Below are positions 37,479 through 49,100 of a stretch of DNA of 49,100 bases, piece by piece. Made by a program: the position numbers and the translations under genes. The DNA comes from Phoronis australis (lineage: Eukaryota; Animalia; Phoronida). The stretch spans positions 466,929-516,028 of the forward strand of contig NMRA01000009.1 of NCBI GenBank assembly GCA_002633005.1, written 5' to 3'. Under the pieces are notes generated by a model. It had not been told where the DNA came from. It was given only the letters and a program-made list of their open reading frames with translations, and did not search any database. Each line of letters starts with the position of its first letter. The first letter of the stretch is position 1.

Positions 37479-37568
37479 ATATAAGAAGACAAACCAGGTT
37501 CTGAAGACAGCCGGGGAGAAAGCAAGTTCAGCCGTTTCAACAGTAGGCAGGAAACTGCAAGATGTCAG
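37479..37568 (+). CDS. TPD52: TPD52-family exon: YKKTNQVLKTAGEKASSAVSTVGRKLQDVR
   Basis: Acceptor GTGTCTAG| and donor AG|GTATCC, phase 2 to 2. Matches the D52 motif AYKKT...AGQKASAA...KL.DV. Confidence 0.95.
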
Positions 37569-38007
37569 GTATCCAGAGCACACAATAAAAAAACAGCATT
37601 TCTGTTATAAAGATTTTTGTCAGAATGATGTGATTTTGCTGATTTTAAAGTCAAAATCCTGAGCTTAAAGAAAGTCGTGTTTGTCATCATTTTTGCGTAT
37701 TTTATGAGGTGATAAAGTGGGATGACCTGATTGTTGTGTTTTTTCTGTGCCTAAAAAATTCCCTCTGTATTTTGTGAAAAACAATATCCCTTCTGCGTAG
37801 TATTGGTACAAGGCTATGGCTTTTAAAGCTGTCCTATTTTTTTGTTTTATTTTCATATTTAGCTACATCTGATGTGTGTAATGTTGTTAGTACTAATGTA
37901 GTCTTCTACATTACTTCCCTAGAAAGGGGTTGTGCGATATAAAATTTTTTTGTTTGCCATCTTTTTTTCTTTCATTTCACTTAACTCCTCATTTTGCTCG
38001 TTTTTAG

Positions 38008-38068
38008 GAATTCACAGACATTCAAGTCGTTTGAGGAGAGAGCTACACATGCTTATGAAAATGTCAAG
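38008..38068 (+). CDS. TPD52: TPD52-family exon: NSQTFKSFEERATHAYENVK
   Basis: Polypyrimidine tract with TTTTTAG| acceptor and AAG|GTTGGT donor. Matches the conserved NS.TFKSFEE motif. Confidence 0.95.
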
Positions 38069-38637
38069 GTTGGTGGTCATTATCGGTCATTTTATTATTG
38101 ACTTAGGATTGTTACCTGCTTACCAGTGGCTCATTGTATCATTACAGCTATCTGCACTCAGCGACAACAAATCAAATTATAACATTATCAAATTACGTCT
38201 GGGCTGAAAATCAATATCCAACACTTTTCTAGTTATCTAGTCCGATGTTATCTGTCGGATTAACTGTCACTCATCATAATTATGATTAGTTTGATAGATA
38301 TGTCTGAAGGTTGTTTGAAGTTGATGTCTTATTTTGTTTGGAGAGCTTTCAAGTTTTTCCCCTTGTCTGATCAATTTACTTTCCAACTATTTGACTCTAT
38401 AAGAAGAGTTAGCTGTAGTCAGTTGTAGCTAGTTAATACAAGCCATGATTTATTGTTTTGAACATGTCTTGTGTATTGGTGGCAACTAGCAAGAGTTGTT
38501 GGTAGTATAACTGTTTGTTTGTAGATTGGTGTAATCACCCGGGTGTACATGAACAAGGCAGACAATTAGCAAGATTATTTGTTTGATGCCAGTTTCTTGT
38601 TTTCCTTTTGTTGTTACTAATATGATGTTTACTTGTG

Positions 38638-39142
38638 TTGATTGGGAGTACTTAATACTGTTGATTGGGAGTACTTAATACTGTTGATTGGGAGTACTTA
38701 ATACTGTTGATTGGGAGTACTTAATACTGTAGGGAGTACTTAATACTGTTGCCTGTGATTGGGAGTACATAAGACTGGAGACTGTGATTGGGAGTACATA
38801 ATTTCTGTTGCATATGATTGAGAGTACTCAATACTGTAGGGAGTACATAAGACTGGAGACTATGATTGGGAGTACATAATTTCTGTTGCATATGATTGAG
38901 AGTACTCAATACTGTAGGGAGTACATAAGACTGGAGACTATGATTGGGAGAACTTAATTTCTGTTGCATATGATTGAGAGTACTCAATACTGTAGGGAGT
39001 ACATAAGACTGGAGACTATGATTGGGAGAACTTAATTTCTGTTGCATATGATTGAGAGTACTCAATACTGTAGGGAGTACATAAGACTGGAGACTGTGAT
39101 TGGGACAACTTAATTTCTGTTACCTGTGATTGGAAGTACTTA
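38638..39142. repeat. Compound minisatellite: 26-bp units followed by an 87-bp higher-order repeat
   Basis: TTGATTGGGAGTACTTAATACTG-type monomers. Three diverged monomers are repeated as an 87-bp block about 4 times. Confidence 0.9.
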
Positions 39143-40671
39143 ATAATTTCTGTAGCCTAGTACTTAAAATCCTAGTAGCACACGTTTTTAAACCTTATTA
39201 AATGGTTAGAAGAAGTTATAAGGCCCCATAACCAATACACAATTCGTAGTCGAAGAAAGTTTAAATAAACGCGTCACTCATGATTCTGACCCAAAGTACA
39301 CAGTGCCATTTTGAACTTACCGCGAAACTGGAAATATAAATCATTCAGTAACCCAGGCTTAAGAACGCCGGCTGTACGACTGGGGCACTGTCTGTCACCA
39401 GACTGCAAACGGGGATAAAATAATCGACAGCTGTCCTTATCTTTAATAAAACCAAAATAGAGACAGTTTGTACTGAAATTGTTGACGAAATGTGGCAAAA
39501 AAATTTGACAAATTATTTTGCCAGACTTGGACATGCAGCCAATAACCCAGTGCAGACCAAAACCAGCACTAGCGAAAGGCGAAGGCTTTCGTCTCCGACT
39601 GTTTTATGGGAATAAATGATTAAAATCATAAATGCCGTAAACATACAAAGATATTTTCAGACACTTACATAAAATTACGGACTAATCACAGTCTTGTGCC
39701 AACAATTGAATATCAAGGTCCGCGACTATGGCGAGTAGGCTAATCACAAGGCGACTATGGCGAGTAGGCTAATCGTGTTTTATTGGGTGTAAGTAACTCT
39801 GGTAAACAAACAGTATAAACAGAACAACAAACATGCAATATCAAAGTAATTGAATAAAAGTGCTATACGGTTAAAATATTTTGACGATTGAACTTGTGAA
39901 AGCATTGAAAATAAATTTAGATGGAAACTAAGATACCGGCGGTCTCCCACGACTTCCGTTATAGCCGGGAGGGCTGGCGGCCAACAATGAACAACAGAAT
40001 ACCATTTGGTTGCAAAATAACTTCTGAAAGAAAACTTGCCATGGTGCTAAATGGTATAAGTATTATTGAGTTTTAAGTGAAAGGAATAATTCCCATTCAG
40101 CCAGAAGCATTCATAGAAGTCACCATACCTGAGTTCATCTTGCACCACTAATGAAAAATAGCTGTCCGGGCCTTGAATGGGTGAAATTCATGTGACAAAG
40201 AGATTTAAAAATACCGCGTCATGCTCTTAACACTGCAATATTTTCCCATCGCGGACATTCAGCTCATTGACTATAATTCACTACACTCCCCCAATTTGTT
40301 TGCGGCGTGGAATCTTTTTATTTAGACAACAGAGGTATATATTGTAAGTTTTTGTCACGTTTTAAAATATATTTTCCCTGATAATTAAAAATCAAAGCAA
40401 GTGATTATATTTTCCTGGCGAAAGCCAAAGGTCATGCCAACTGCAGGGGAACTACCGGTTACTGTGTCCAGGCAGCAAAATCGAGCACAGGTGCGCGTTA
40501 TTGCCAATGAGGTGTGAATCTCATTGTTTTGGGATAAAACTTGTTTTTGTTTGATGAAACATCGCCGTGTGTGGATTTTTTTTTTCATTTTAAATTTTTA
40601 ATGGCCAGTAAAGCCTCTGCCGAGTATGCAGAAATGCGCTTACATGTCTGGTTAGTCACATGCTCACTCTA

Positions 40672-40834
40672 GGCTTGTGTTCTATGCATCAGTTTCACCA
40701 TATGGCTTGTGTACTATGCATCAGTTTCACCATATGGCTTGTGTACTATGCATCAGTTTCACGGTATGGCTTGTGTACTATGCATCAGTTTCACGGTATG
40801 GCTTGTGTACTATGCATCAGTTTCACGATATGGC
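40672..40834. repeat. 32-bp tandem repeat (GGCTTGTGTACTATGCATCAGTTTCACGGTAT) x5
   Basis: Direct tandem copies. Confidence 0.95.
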
Positions 40835-41519
40835 GATAAAGATAAGACATTTGCTGGTCTAGTAAGTTTTTTCCTCTACTTTACTACCTAAACGGCTACT
40901 GTTGCTGAAATTTGACATACCTTCATCATGAGTAGTGGCTGACTTCAGTAGCCGAGTGTTGGCTGCAGGAGATGTGACGTACTTCACAAACTTATGTTTA
41001 TGCATTAAATACCATTCGTCATATGCAAATAAAACGTAAAATTTGAACAATAAATAATAAAGTTTTTTATAAAAAGATCCAAAACGAGAATCAAAAACAA
41101 CCAAACGAAAAAACAATGCATTTACACACACTGTGATATCAATATGTTTTCAAGGACAACTTGACCGTCATTCAGGAATCGTTCTTGATCTGACACACAA
41201 CAACTCAGGTCACGGAAATAGACAGAAATAATCGATGAATTTCTGATCTCGGTTGAGGTGCAAAATTGTGCTCAAAAAGGCTTTCAGTTTGATATCAGAA
41301 AGGTGGTGAACATTATGCCATGTTACATATTACTTAATTTGGTATATATTTTTTAAGTTTTTGAACTAGATTGCCGTTTGAGATAAGGACTTTAATTTCT
41401 TTAGACTGTGATTGGGAGTACTACTTTAGCCTGTGTCTCAGTTTGGTTACCAGTTAGTGTTGGTCAGTAGTTGGATGTGAACGAAGAAGTACACTAAAAC
41501 TGACATGTGGAGTTATCAC

Positions 41520-41744
41520 GTGCCTTTCCCCTCCGTATCGGTTTATTTCAAGTGCCTTTCCCCTCCGTATCGGTTTATTTCAAGTGCCTTCCCGCTCCGT
41601 ATCGGTTTATTGCAGTGTCTTCCCCCTCCGTATAAGTTTATTTCAAGCGCCTTCCCCCTCTGTATCGGTTTATTTCAAGTGCCTTCCCCCTCTGTATCGG
41701 TCTATTTCAAGTGCCTTCCCCCTCCGTATCGGTTTATTTCAAGT
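41520..41744. repeat. 32-bp tandem repeat (GTGCCTTCCCCCTCCGTATCGGTTTATTTCAA) x7
   Basis: Direct tandem copies. Confidence 0.95.
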
Positions 41745-42449
41745 CGATGGGTTGATGGGTATCAATATTTCCCTGGATTTCCATCACAATCTGTTTAATA
41801 TTCTGTCTCTAAGGTACAAGCTTATTTTTGTACTAACAAGTCAGGTTTGTCATTATTTTATATTCAGCAAACATGCATGAAAATGGCTTTTTACCAGTAG
41901 AGTGCCACGAGTATTCAATGCTGTTTTTGCGATTGTCTCTGTTTTTACATTTCAAGTCAACAGTTGCCCATGTAGCGTGTCTACTGACACAAAATGTTTC
42001 ATTGTAACACAATCTAGTCTTAACTTTAACTAGCGTTTAGTCAAATCTTACATACATGAATACATTCCACTGTATTTTGTCATTTTTATTTGCATTCTTG
42101 TGCCTGAATTCAAATTTTTATGAATTAATGTGCGGAATGGCAATTTTAGATACTTGAGGGAATACGAGTTACAAGCCATTATCACTGATTTGAATGAGTT
42201 ATTATACACTCATGTTGTGTGGGCAAGTAATAAACATTATAGTTACATCGTAGCTGTTAGTGAAACTACTTTTAGTGAATTAGTGAGATGCATTGGTTGG
42301 AGTTATGATGCGGTCAGGAATTTCGACCTTCTGGAGTAAGTGTACGGCTTCTCAGGATGGTCTATCACAGCAGTATGTTTAATTGGTTTTGTTGTTTCAT
42401 CATTTATGTCTCCGGACTAACTAAGTCTTTTTTTCTGTTTAATCACCAG

Positions 42450-42479
42450 AGCGAACGATTTTTGCTAGGCTTGTTCAAG
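42450..42479 (+). CDS. Candidate 30-nt cassette micro-exon of the D52 gene (SERFLLGLFK)
   Basis: Branch-like ACTAAC at 42416, a T-rich tract, CAG| acceptor and AAG|GTTAGA donor. Phase 0 to 0 and in frame. No homology support. Confidence 0.35.
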
Positions 42480-42562
42480 GTTAGATTACTCAGTCTGTTA
42501 TGTTTATCATTTCTAGTGTGTGTTGTGCATATCATTTTGCTGCCAACTAGTCATACAAGTTG

Positions 42563-42655
42563 TGTGACATGTCTGTCATGTGACATGCCTGTCATGTGCC
42601 ATGCCTGTCATGTGACATGCCTGTCATGTGACATGCCTGTCATGTGACATGCCTG
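42563..42655. repeat. 16-bp tandem repeat (GTGACATGCCTGTCAT)n
   Basis: About 5.5 copies of a partly palindromic unit. Confidence 0.9.
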
Positions 42656-42688
42656 CTGCTTTCTCCTTAGGCTGCCGAGATGATATCA

Positions 42689-44006
42689 TTTTTATGCGCC
42701 CACATATTTATAAGTGGACTCATTATGCCATCATCTCCATCCTTCTGGCGTCCATCGCTGTATCTCCAAAACCCCTTGACGTATGTTCATGAAATTTTGC
42801 ACGTGTTCCTTTCATGGATGGGACGGCATGAGCGAACTTTCGGACGGATCCAACTACCGGTGTGTCCCCTAGTGGCAGTTTTAGTTTTTTACGTTTACCT
42901 CTGTATCTTCAAAGGTCCTCAACGCATTTTCATAGAATTTGGTATATTGGCACCTGTTAACGAGATGACGCTTTCCTCCCGTTTTCGGATGGATTTGACG
43001 TAGTTTGCACCACCTACTGGCCATTTTTACGGTTTTCAAGTATGTTTTTTGGCATCCACCCCTCTATCAACCAAACTGCTCTAAGGATGATTGTGAAAAT
43101 TGGCATGTATGCTCTTACTATGAAGAGGATTGCTGACGATGATTTTACAACCACTTTGACTACTGTAGTGCCTCCTAGTGGCAGTTTTGTTTTTTGCGCC
43201 TATGGCTATATCTCATAAACTTTTTGCGGGATCTTTACTAAATTTATCAAGTGTATTTATATGATATTGACAATGGATGACGACGATTTTTGGATGGATA
43301 TGACTAGTGGTGTGCCTCCTAGTGGCAATTTTAGTGTTTATGTTTACCTCTGTGTCTTCAAAGGTCTTCACAGAATTTTCATAAAATTTTGAGTACAGGC
43401 ATGTTTTGGTGAGATGACGCTATCCTCCTGTTTTCGGATGGAATCGATGTACTTTGTGCCACCTAGTGGCCATTTTTGCTGTTTTCAAGTCTGTTTTTTA
43501 GCATCCACCCCTCTGTCAACCAAACTATTCTAAGGATGGTTTTGAAAATTGGCGTATATGTTCTCAGTTTTAAAAGGACTGTTGACAACGACTTTGACTA
43601 CTGTGGCATCTACTGGAAGTTTTGTTTTGTTTTGTTTTGCACCCATAGCTGTATCTCCTATAGCCACTGCAGGATCTTTATATTAAATTTAGTAAGACTA
43701 GTGTATTTATATGAAGCTAACAACAGACGACGACTTTCAGGTGGATGGAATGAATGCTGTGCCCCCTAGCGGCAATTTCATTTTATTCCGTTTTCTTTGT
43801 TTCACTGAAGTTCCTTGACAGATTTTTTTTGGAATTTGGTGAATACCTTTCTATTAAAGAAGGAACGACATGTTCCTGTTTTCGAATGGATTGGACGTTT
43901 TTGCTTCATCTAGTGGCCATTTTTAAAATACAGATAAACAACCGTAAAAGCACACCATTTGTGTTGCATTCGTGGGCGCATTTCAACGTTCCACGTTGCT
44001 CTTGTT
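42689..44006 (+). mobile_element. Full-length HINE/DINE-1-like element, second complete copy
   Basis: Same architecture as 28276-29567. 3' hairpin CAACGT-TCC-ACGTTG, end CTCTTGTT. Confidence 0.8.
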
Positions 44007-46850
44007 GTAATTTTGGTACATATTTTAATTAATTGTTCATTTAGATAATGATATGTCACCTTTATATTATTGTCAAGATTTGTAGTGTTATTTATCAATT
44101 GCTTCCTTTATTTGTCCTGCTCAGTAAATTAATGTCCACAATCACTAATAAGTAAGCATTCTTATTAAACTGAATTACTGGTATTGTCTTTTTGTTTATT
44201 ACAAACACGCTATGGAATATATACCGTGCCCTGCAGCACTCCACTGTATGACAGACTTTGTGTAGACATAAAAGGGCATTTTTTACACAGAACTGCAATG
44301 GACTTTACTTTATTGAGTAGTAAATTTTGGGCTTTCCTTGTTCATAGTGTTTTCCTTAGAAGTGTTTCATTACTTGGCGAAATCAAGTTTTGCCAAGTGG
44401 GTTGCTCTGTCATGCAGTCTTTTTGATTGTTTGTTTGTACACACAGTACAAGTTGCTTTCTTCATCTAATCGGCATGTTAGTTGTGAAAAGGTAGGCGTG
44501 TTGCTGTTTTGGCACACAATTGAACACACAACAGTTGCTGTGGTGACCATTTTGGGAATTTTCACTTTACAGTGCTTTAGCTCCACAGTGCTTGGAAGGG
44601 TTCTTCTGGTGTGCAGATCTTGTTTAAGGATATCTGCAGTGGAGCATGTGTCTCTTGCTGCAACTTACAGGTCTCAAGTTATTAATGACTTGCTGATAAC
44701 TGTTCTTCTATTGATTCTTTGTGCCATATCACATCATATGTGAAAAAGTATTATCAAGAGGTTGAAGAAATGTTGTCATCGATTAGAACAGCAACTGGTG
44801 CATTTTATTAAAATTGGATGCGAGGTCGTACTTTGGTGGCAATTTTCAAAAGTTTTTCACACCCATAGTTCTGGCATCCTTTAAACGGGTCCTTCTGAAA
44901 CCTGTCAGATTTAAATGGATAGGTGCTGTTAAGCGTTTTAACAATTATACCATCGCTTTTTGATACAACTGAACATTCTCAAGTTATTCAAGATTTCTTA
45001 CCATTGCTGTTTTACTTACTGATCATACTTCTTTGTGTTATGGATTGACCCCCGCTAAACAAACTGTTGTATTTCTATCACTTTTGTCCTAGATGTTAGA
45101 TGGTGATCATGGTGGCCTTGTCATACTTTGGCCCGGTTGCTGTCATGGGCACTAGGTGGCAGGATTGTCATTAGTGCTATTACAATTGTTGGTATTATTA
45201 GTTTTGGAAGTGTTGTCATTGTTGGCGACAAGATCGTCACTGGTTTCATGATCATTGTAGATGTGTCAGTGTCATTATTGTTGGATTAGGCGCTATCCTT
45301 GTTGGCCATGGCATTGTTGACGATGTCACTTTTTTAAAAATCATCATCTGCATGTTTTGAGTGCTATCGTCATTGGTCACACTGTCTTCCTTGATGTTCA
45401 GTCAATTTTCGCCAAGTGTTGCTCCTCAGAGCACTTTCATTTGCACTTACACTGTTCAGAAGCTTCTAAGGCCACTGTGTGGATTTGTATTGTTTTCTGT
45501 TTTCTTTTGAACGTGAACTCTGAACTTTAATATGCAGATGTATTAACAATGTGTAAGAATACTTTGTTGTCTACTGATCTTGTTACTACCAATACGTATC
45601 TCAATTACCAGGACATTTTCTTTGTTTTTATTATCAATTTTTTCCCTGAAACCCTGTTAATGCAATTCTCGGCTTTTAGAATGTTTTGCTCATTTGTTAC
45701 TTTGGTATTTGACATCACATCCGGATATTGCCATTCTCTGTACATAGCGCTCTCAATCATTGTGGAGTATCACGGTAGGACGGGTGAGTTATTGTGAGTA
45801 ATCCTCGGCCAGTCTGTACAGCGACCTCTGGTGTTAGTCCCACAAATTAGCATCTGTATGCATCCTGTGTGTTTAGTTGAAAGAATACATTCAGTGGTGA
45901 ACACCTTATGTTGGTAACACGAGTCGTACGAGTGTTATACAGGGAGAAATGTCGGTCATGTATTTGTTTGTGCTGAATAATGTTGTGAGTTGTTAAAATT
46001 CTTCTGTAAATTTTGAAGCCCTACTGGAGAAGCCAGGTAGGTTTGCTCTTGGTTGTTGTGAAACCGTTCACTCTGCCCGGCTTTTGTATACTTTACCGTG
46101 CAATTATGATCATTCAGTGCCATTGTGCTTTAAAGTACTCAGAGGTGTTTTTTTCAATCATGCCCTGATAATCTATTTCAGGTCTTATTGAAGTTGTCCG
46201 ATTTAGTTTTCTTTTTGCTTCTGATGTATGCCGAGCTGACAAGCTCTGCTAAGACACTGTCAGCCTTATCATTTGCTTTAGAAATAAGTTGGACCAGTTA
46301 CATTTGTTGAACTGATGTAATATCAAACACTTTCTTCAAATATTTCCATTGCTGTTTATATCCTATTCAACCCAGAGCATCAACAGTAACTGGGCTGTAC
46401 AAGGTAACACTCATGTTTTAACCATTAGAATGAATTCTGGTCATAGAGAAGTGGCGTTAGTATAATACGAATTGTTTAACATTTATTGGAAGTAGATACA
46501 ATGATGTCTCAGTTAAGTTCATCACATACATATCCTACTAAACGATTGTAATATAGTGTTACTAAAGAGTAGATTGTTTTATCTGTAATGTAACACAACA
46601 CTAAATGTACACTTGATCTTTATGTTGCATGTCCGTGTTGTAATTAGTCTGAGAGCTGTCTTAAGGCCTTATGTTTTTATGGTTCACTGTTCAGCTTAAA
46701 TGAGACATAAGCACGCAACTTGTTTTATGCGTGTTCCTTTGCACTTACTGTAATTCAAATGTATCGTCACTGACTCTGGTCAAGATGACCGCATGTAGAG
46801 TGTAGTTGCCATAGACTGTCAATTTTTTGTTTCTATTTCTTTTGTACCAG

Positions 46851-46883
46851 GTTTCAAACACCGTCAAGGCAGGCTCCGATTGA
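46851..46883 (+). CDS. Candidate downstream or terminal exon of the D52 gene (VSNTVKAGSD*)
   Basis: Very strong acceptor TTTTTTGTTTCTATTTCTTTTGTACCAG|. Phase-0 frame open to TGA. It could instead end at AAG|GC. Confidence 0.35.
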   Translation, partial: VSNTVKAGSD

Positions 46884-48729
46884 AGATGCGTCTGTAACTG
46901 GTGGCTATCTTTGGCAGCAACTTGTGTGAATTAAAAGTTGCCTGATATACAGAAATAAAGTGCACTAAAAACAAGGGCACTGGTCATAACGCACTGATTG
47001 GAAAATCTCATTGTGCAGCTTTCATGTACCCAAAAGTGCAAGCGCAAATTAGTGAAGTTTTGCAATTATTTCTGCCCGGTGTCGATGCGTGGAGTGCCAT
47101 GTTGCACGACTATCAAGTTCACATCGACATACTGTGTACATCAGCTCCATTCAGTGCCTGTCCACCTGCCCTATCTACTGGTCAATGGCTTGACACTTTC
47201 ATTTGTGTGCAGTTGACTCACTATCCTTTGCTTCTGCCAAGGCCAGGAGTGGGTCAACCTCTGTTCATATTGTGTTAAAATTGCCCCATGCCAGAACAGC
47301 TAACACTTCCAAATAACAGTTTAATATACTTGTAAGGTTATCTAATGAAATGTTGTGTTACTGCAGGCCAAGGTGACTGGAAGCAAATCTGAAGGTAGTT
47401 TTGAGGAAGCCCTGCAAAATGATGCCAACAGTAACGGCAACACCAAAGTGGAGGAAGGACTGGACGCATCACTGCCAGAGAACAAAGTGCCCTTGTAAAT
47501 GAGTCTTGGCAAAATGTTATGGATGTGTTGGTGCTGGTCAGGCTACTGTGGCCTGTTATCATCTTGACCAACAACACTGCAGACAAGTGATGAAATTACT
47601 TGTACTTACTATGAAGTGTTAGCAAGAGAATGTTGCTGGACAGGTGATATTGTTAAGTATGACATAATTATAACAAGTAACCAGTTATATGTAGGTTATA
47701 GTTGGTAAATTTAAGAGTGTGCAATCTTAGGCATCTGATTTCACTAAGTGCTTGTTAGTGTACACAGGTCAATGCAAATGATTTATGTTGTACATAAGAT
47801 ACATTGTATTCCCATACTTTCTCTCGCTTCTTCCTTTAGGTTTATGTCCGTTTCATAACATGGTCGCCCATAAATAATTTCTCCTGGTATTGGTTTTTCG
47901 AAATGTTAATAATAGTTGTAGGATAGTGATGTGCTGATGTGGCCATCGTTGGCCATAAAAGTTCTTTCAACTTCTTTCTCAAGTCATTCCACGATGGTTT
48001 ATTGTCAGTGTTAGATTTCTTTATCTGTGGCTTAATAAAAATGGTGAAGTTCATGATCGGGTTTGGAGTGGTTAAAAAAGAAACAAACGAACGAGTAAAT
48101 AATAAAACATTTTTACACAGAATTGTATCAACATTGTACAAATAATATGGACCTGTATTGAAACACCACAAAGTTATGAGTGGTAGCATGATCAATTGAC
48201 ATCCCATTATAACGCAGTGATTTTCAAACCATTCAAGATGATGGATGTTACTTCCTGTAACAAATGAAACATTTATTAAAAACACTGCAACTCAACTGAA
48301 TGCAAACCAATGTAACCTCATAAATGGCAGGAATTGGGACATTCGTCAATTTAAATATACATTTTTCAAGAAAACCAGTTAGCCTGCACCTGATATTGAC
48401 AGCACCTGAGATAAACAAAGTGTACCACCAACTTACTTATTAGCTGCTATGCCGCTTAGTAGTCTGTTGCCAAAGAGGAATGTAGGTAAGCCAAGCATGG
48501 CCAGGTAACGTAATGTCTCAAACATGTTTAGATAGACCCAGTAGCAGTAGAACAGGATAAAGATAGCTGAAACAAAAAAAAAACAGTGCATCACACAACC
48601 TGGTAAACAACATTTGGCATTATTACACAATCCCAACAGTGCGTGTCCAGCAGTTTTAATATAAAAACAACATTTTATCATCAGGAAATGTTGTACATGA
48701 GCCAAATCAAAATTGTTGACAGTTGACAA

Positions 48730-49100
48730 CAGGGCTTGGAATTTTCCGCGGAAACGCGGATTTCCGCTTTTTTCAAATGTGCTTTCCGCTTTTTTTATAA
48801 TATTTCCGCGTAAAAAAATCGGATTTGATATAAAATTTCCGCGGCAAATTCCTTTCTTACCGCGGCGTTGCAGACGACGTTCACCTGGAAAAGCGGAAGT
48901 TGCTCTTTATGTTCGGAGGAACGTAAATTGTCAACATTGCCGGGGCATCTGGGATAGCGTGGTGTGATTTTCAATGGCGTCTCGTGTTATTGTTAAGCGC
49001 GGCGACAAATACTACCGCTCTGCAGCCAAAAATGTGTGGGTTGGGAGTAGACGGGCGAGCTAAAAGGACGCAGACGCATGCTACTGATGGTGGTAACGTT
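48730..49100. mobile_element. Probable left end of a hAT-like element running out of the window
   Basis: Abrupt switch to CpG-rich sequence at CAGGGCTTGGAATTTTCCGCGG, with repeated TTTCCGC(G) subterminal motifs. Confidence 0.55.

Noticed and set aside
47842-48285. 147-aa - strand ORF
   Set aside because: Non-ATG start, AT-rich composition and no recognisable domain.

Overview
This is eukaryotic (animal, probably marine invertebrate) genomic DNA: AT-rich, GT-AG introns, three N-gaps, and no prokaryotic genes, RNA genes or CRISPR. One gene spans most of the window on the + strand, a tumor protein D52 family gene. It has four well-supported internal coding exons (31538-31659, 33847-33995, 37479-37568, 38008-38068), two frame-compatible alternative first exons (11042/11321-11339 and 22495-22567) and an unresolved 3' end with candidate micro-exons. 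The introns and upstream region hold many non-autonomous DNA transposons. These are Tc2/pogo-like CCGTA elements (TA TSD) nested in hAT-like elements that keep TTF-zinc-finger remnants and appear to have 5-bp TSDs, a CAC...GTG element with a perfect 5-bp TSD (Transib-like), two THAP-bearing Kolobok-like elements (TTAA) flanking an inverted spacer, and Helentron/DINE-1-like elements whose ~145-bp internal repeats each carry a CTCF-consensus motif. About 15 minisatellites are also present. I found no novel enzyme system. The most interesting signals are the mobile CTCF-motif arrays, the TE-bounded micro-inversion and the isoform structure of the D52 gene. All calls were made by eye; no database searches were run.
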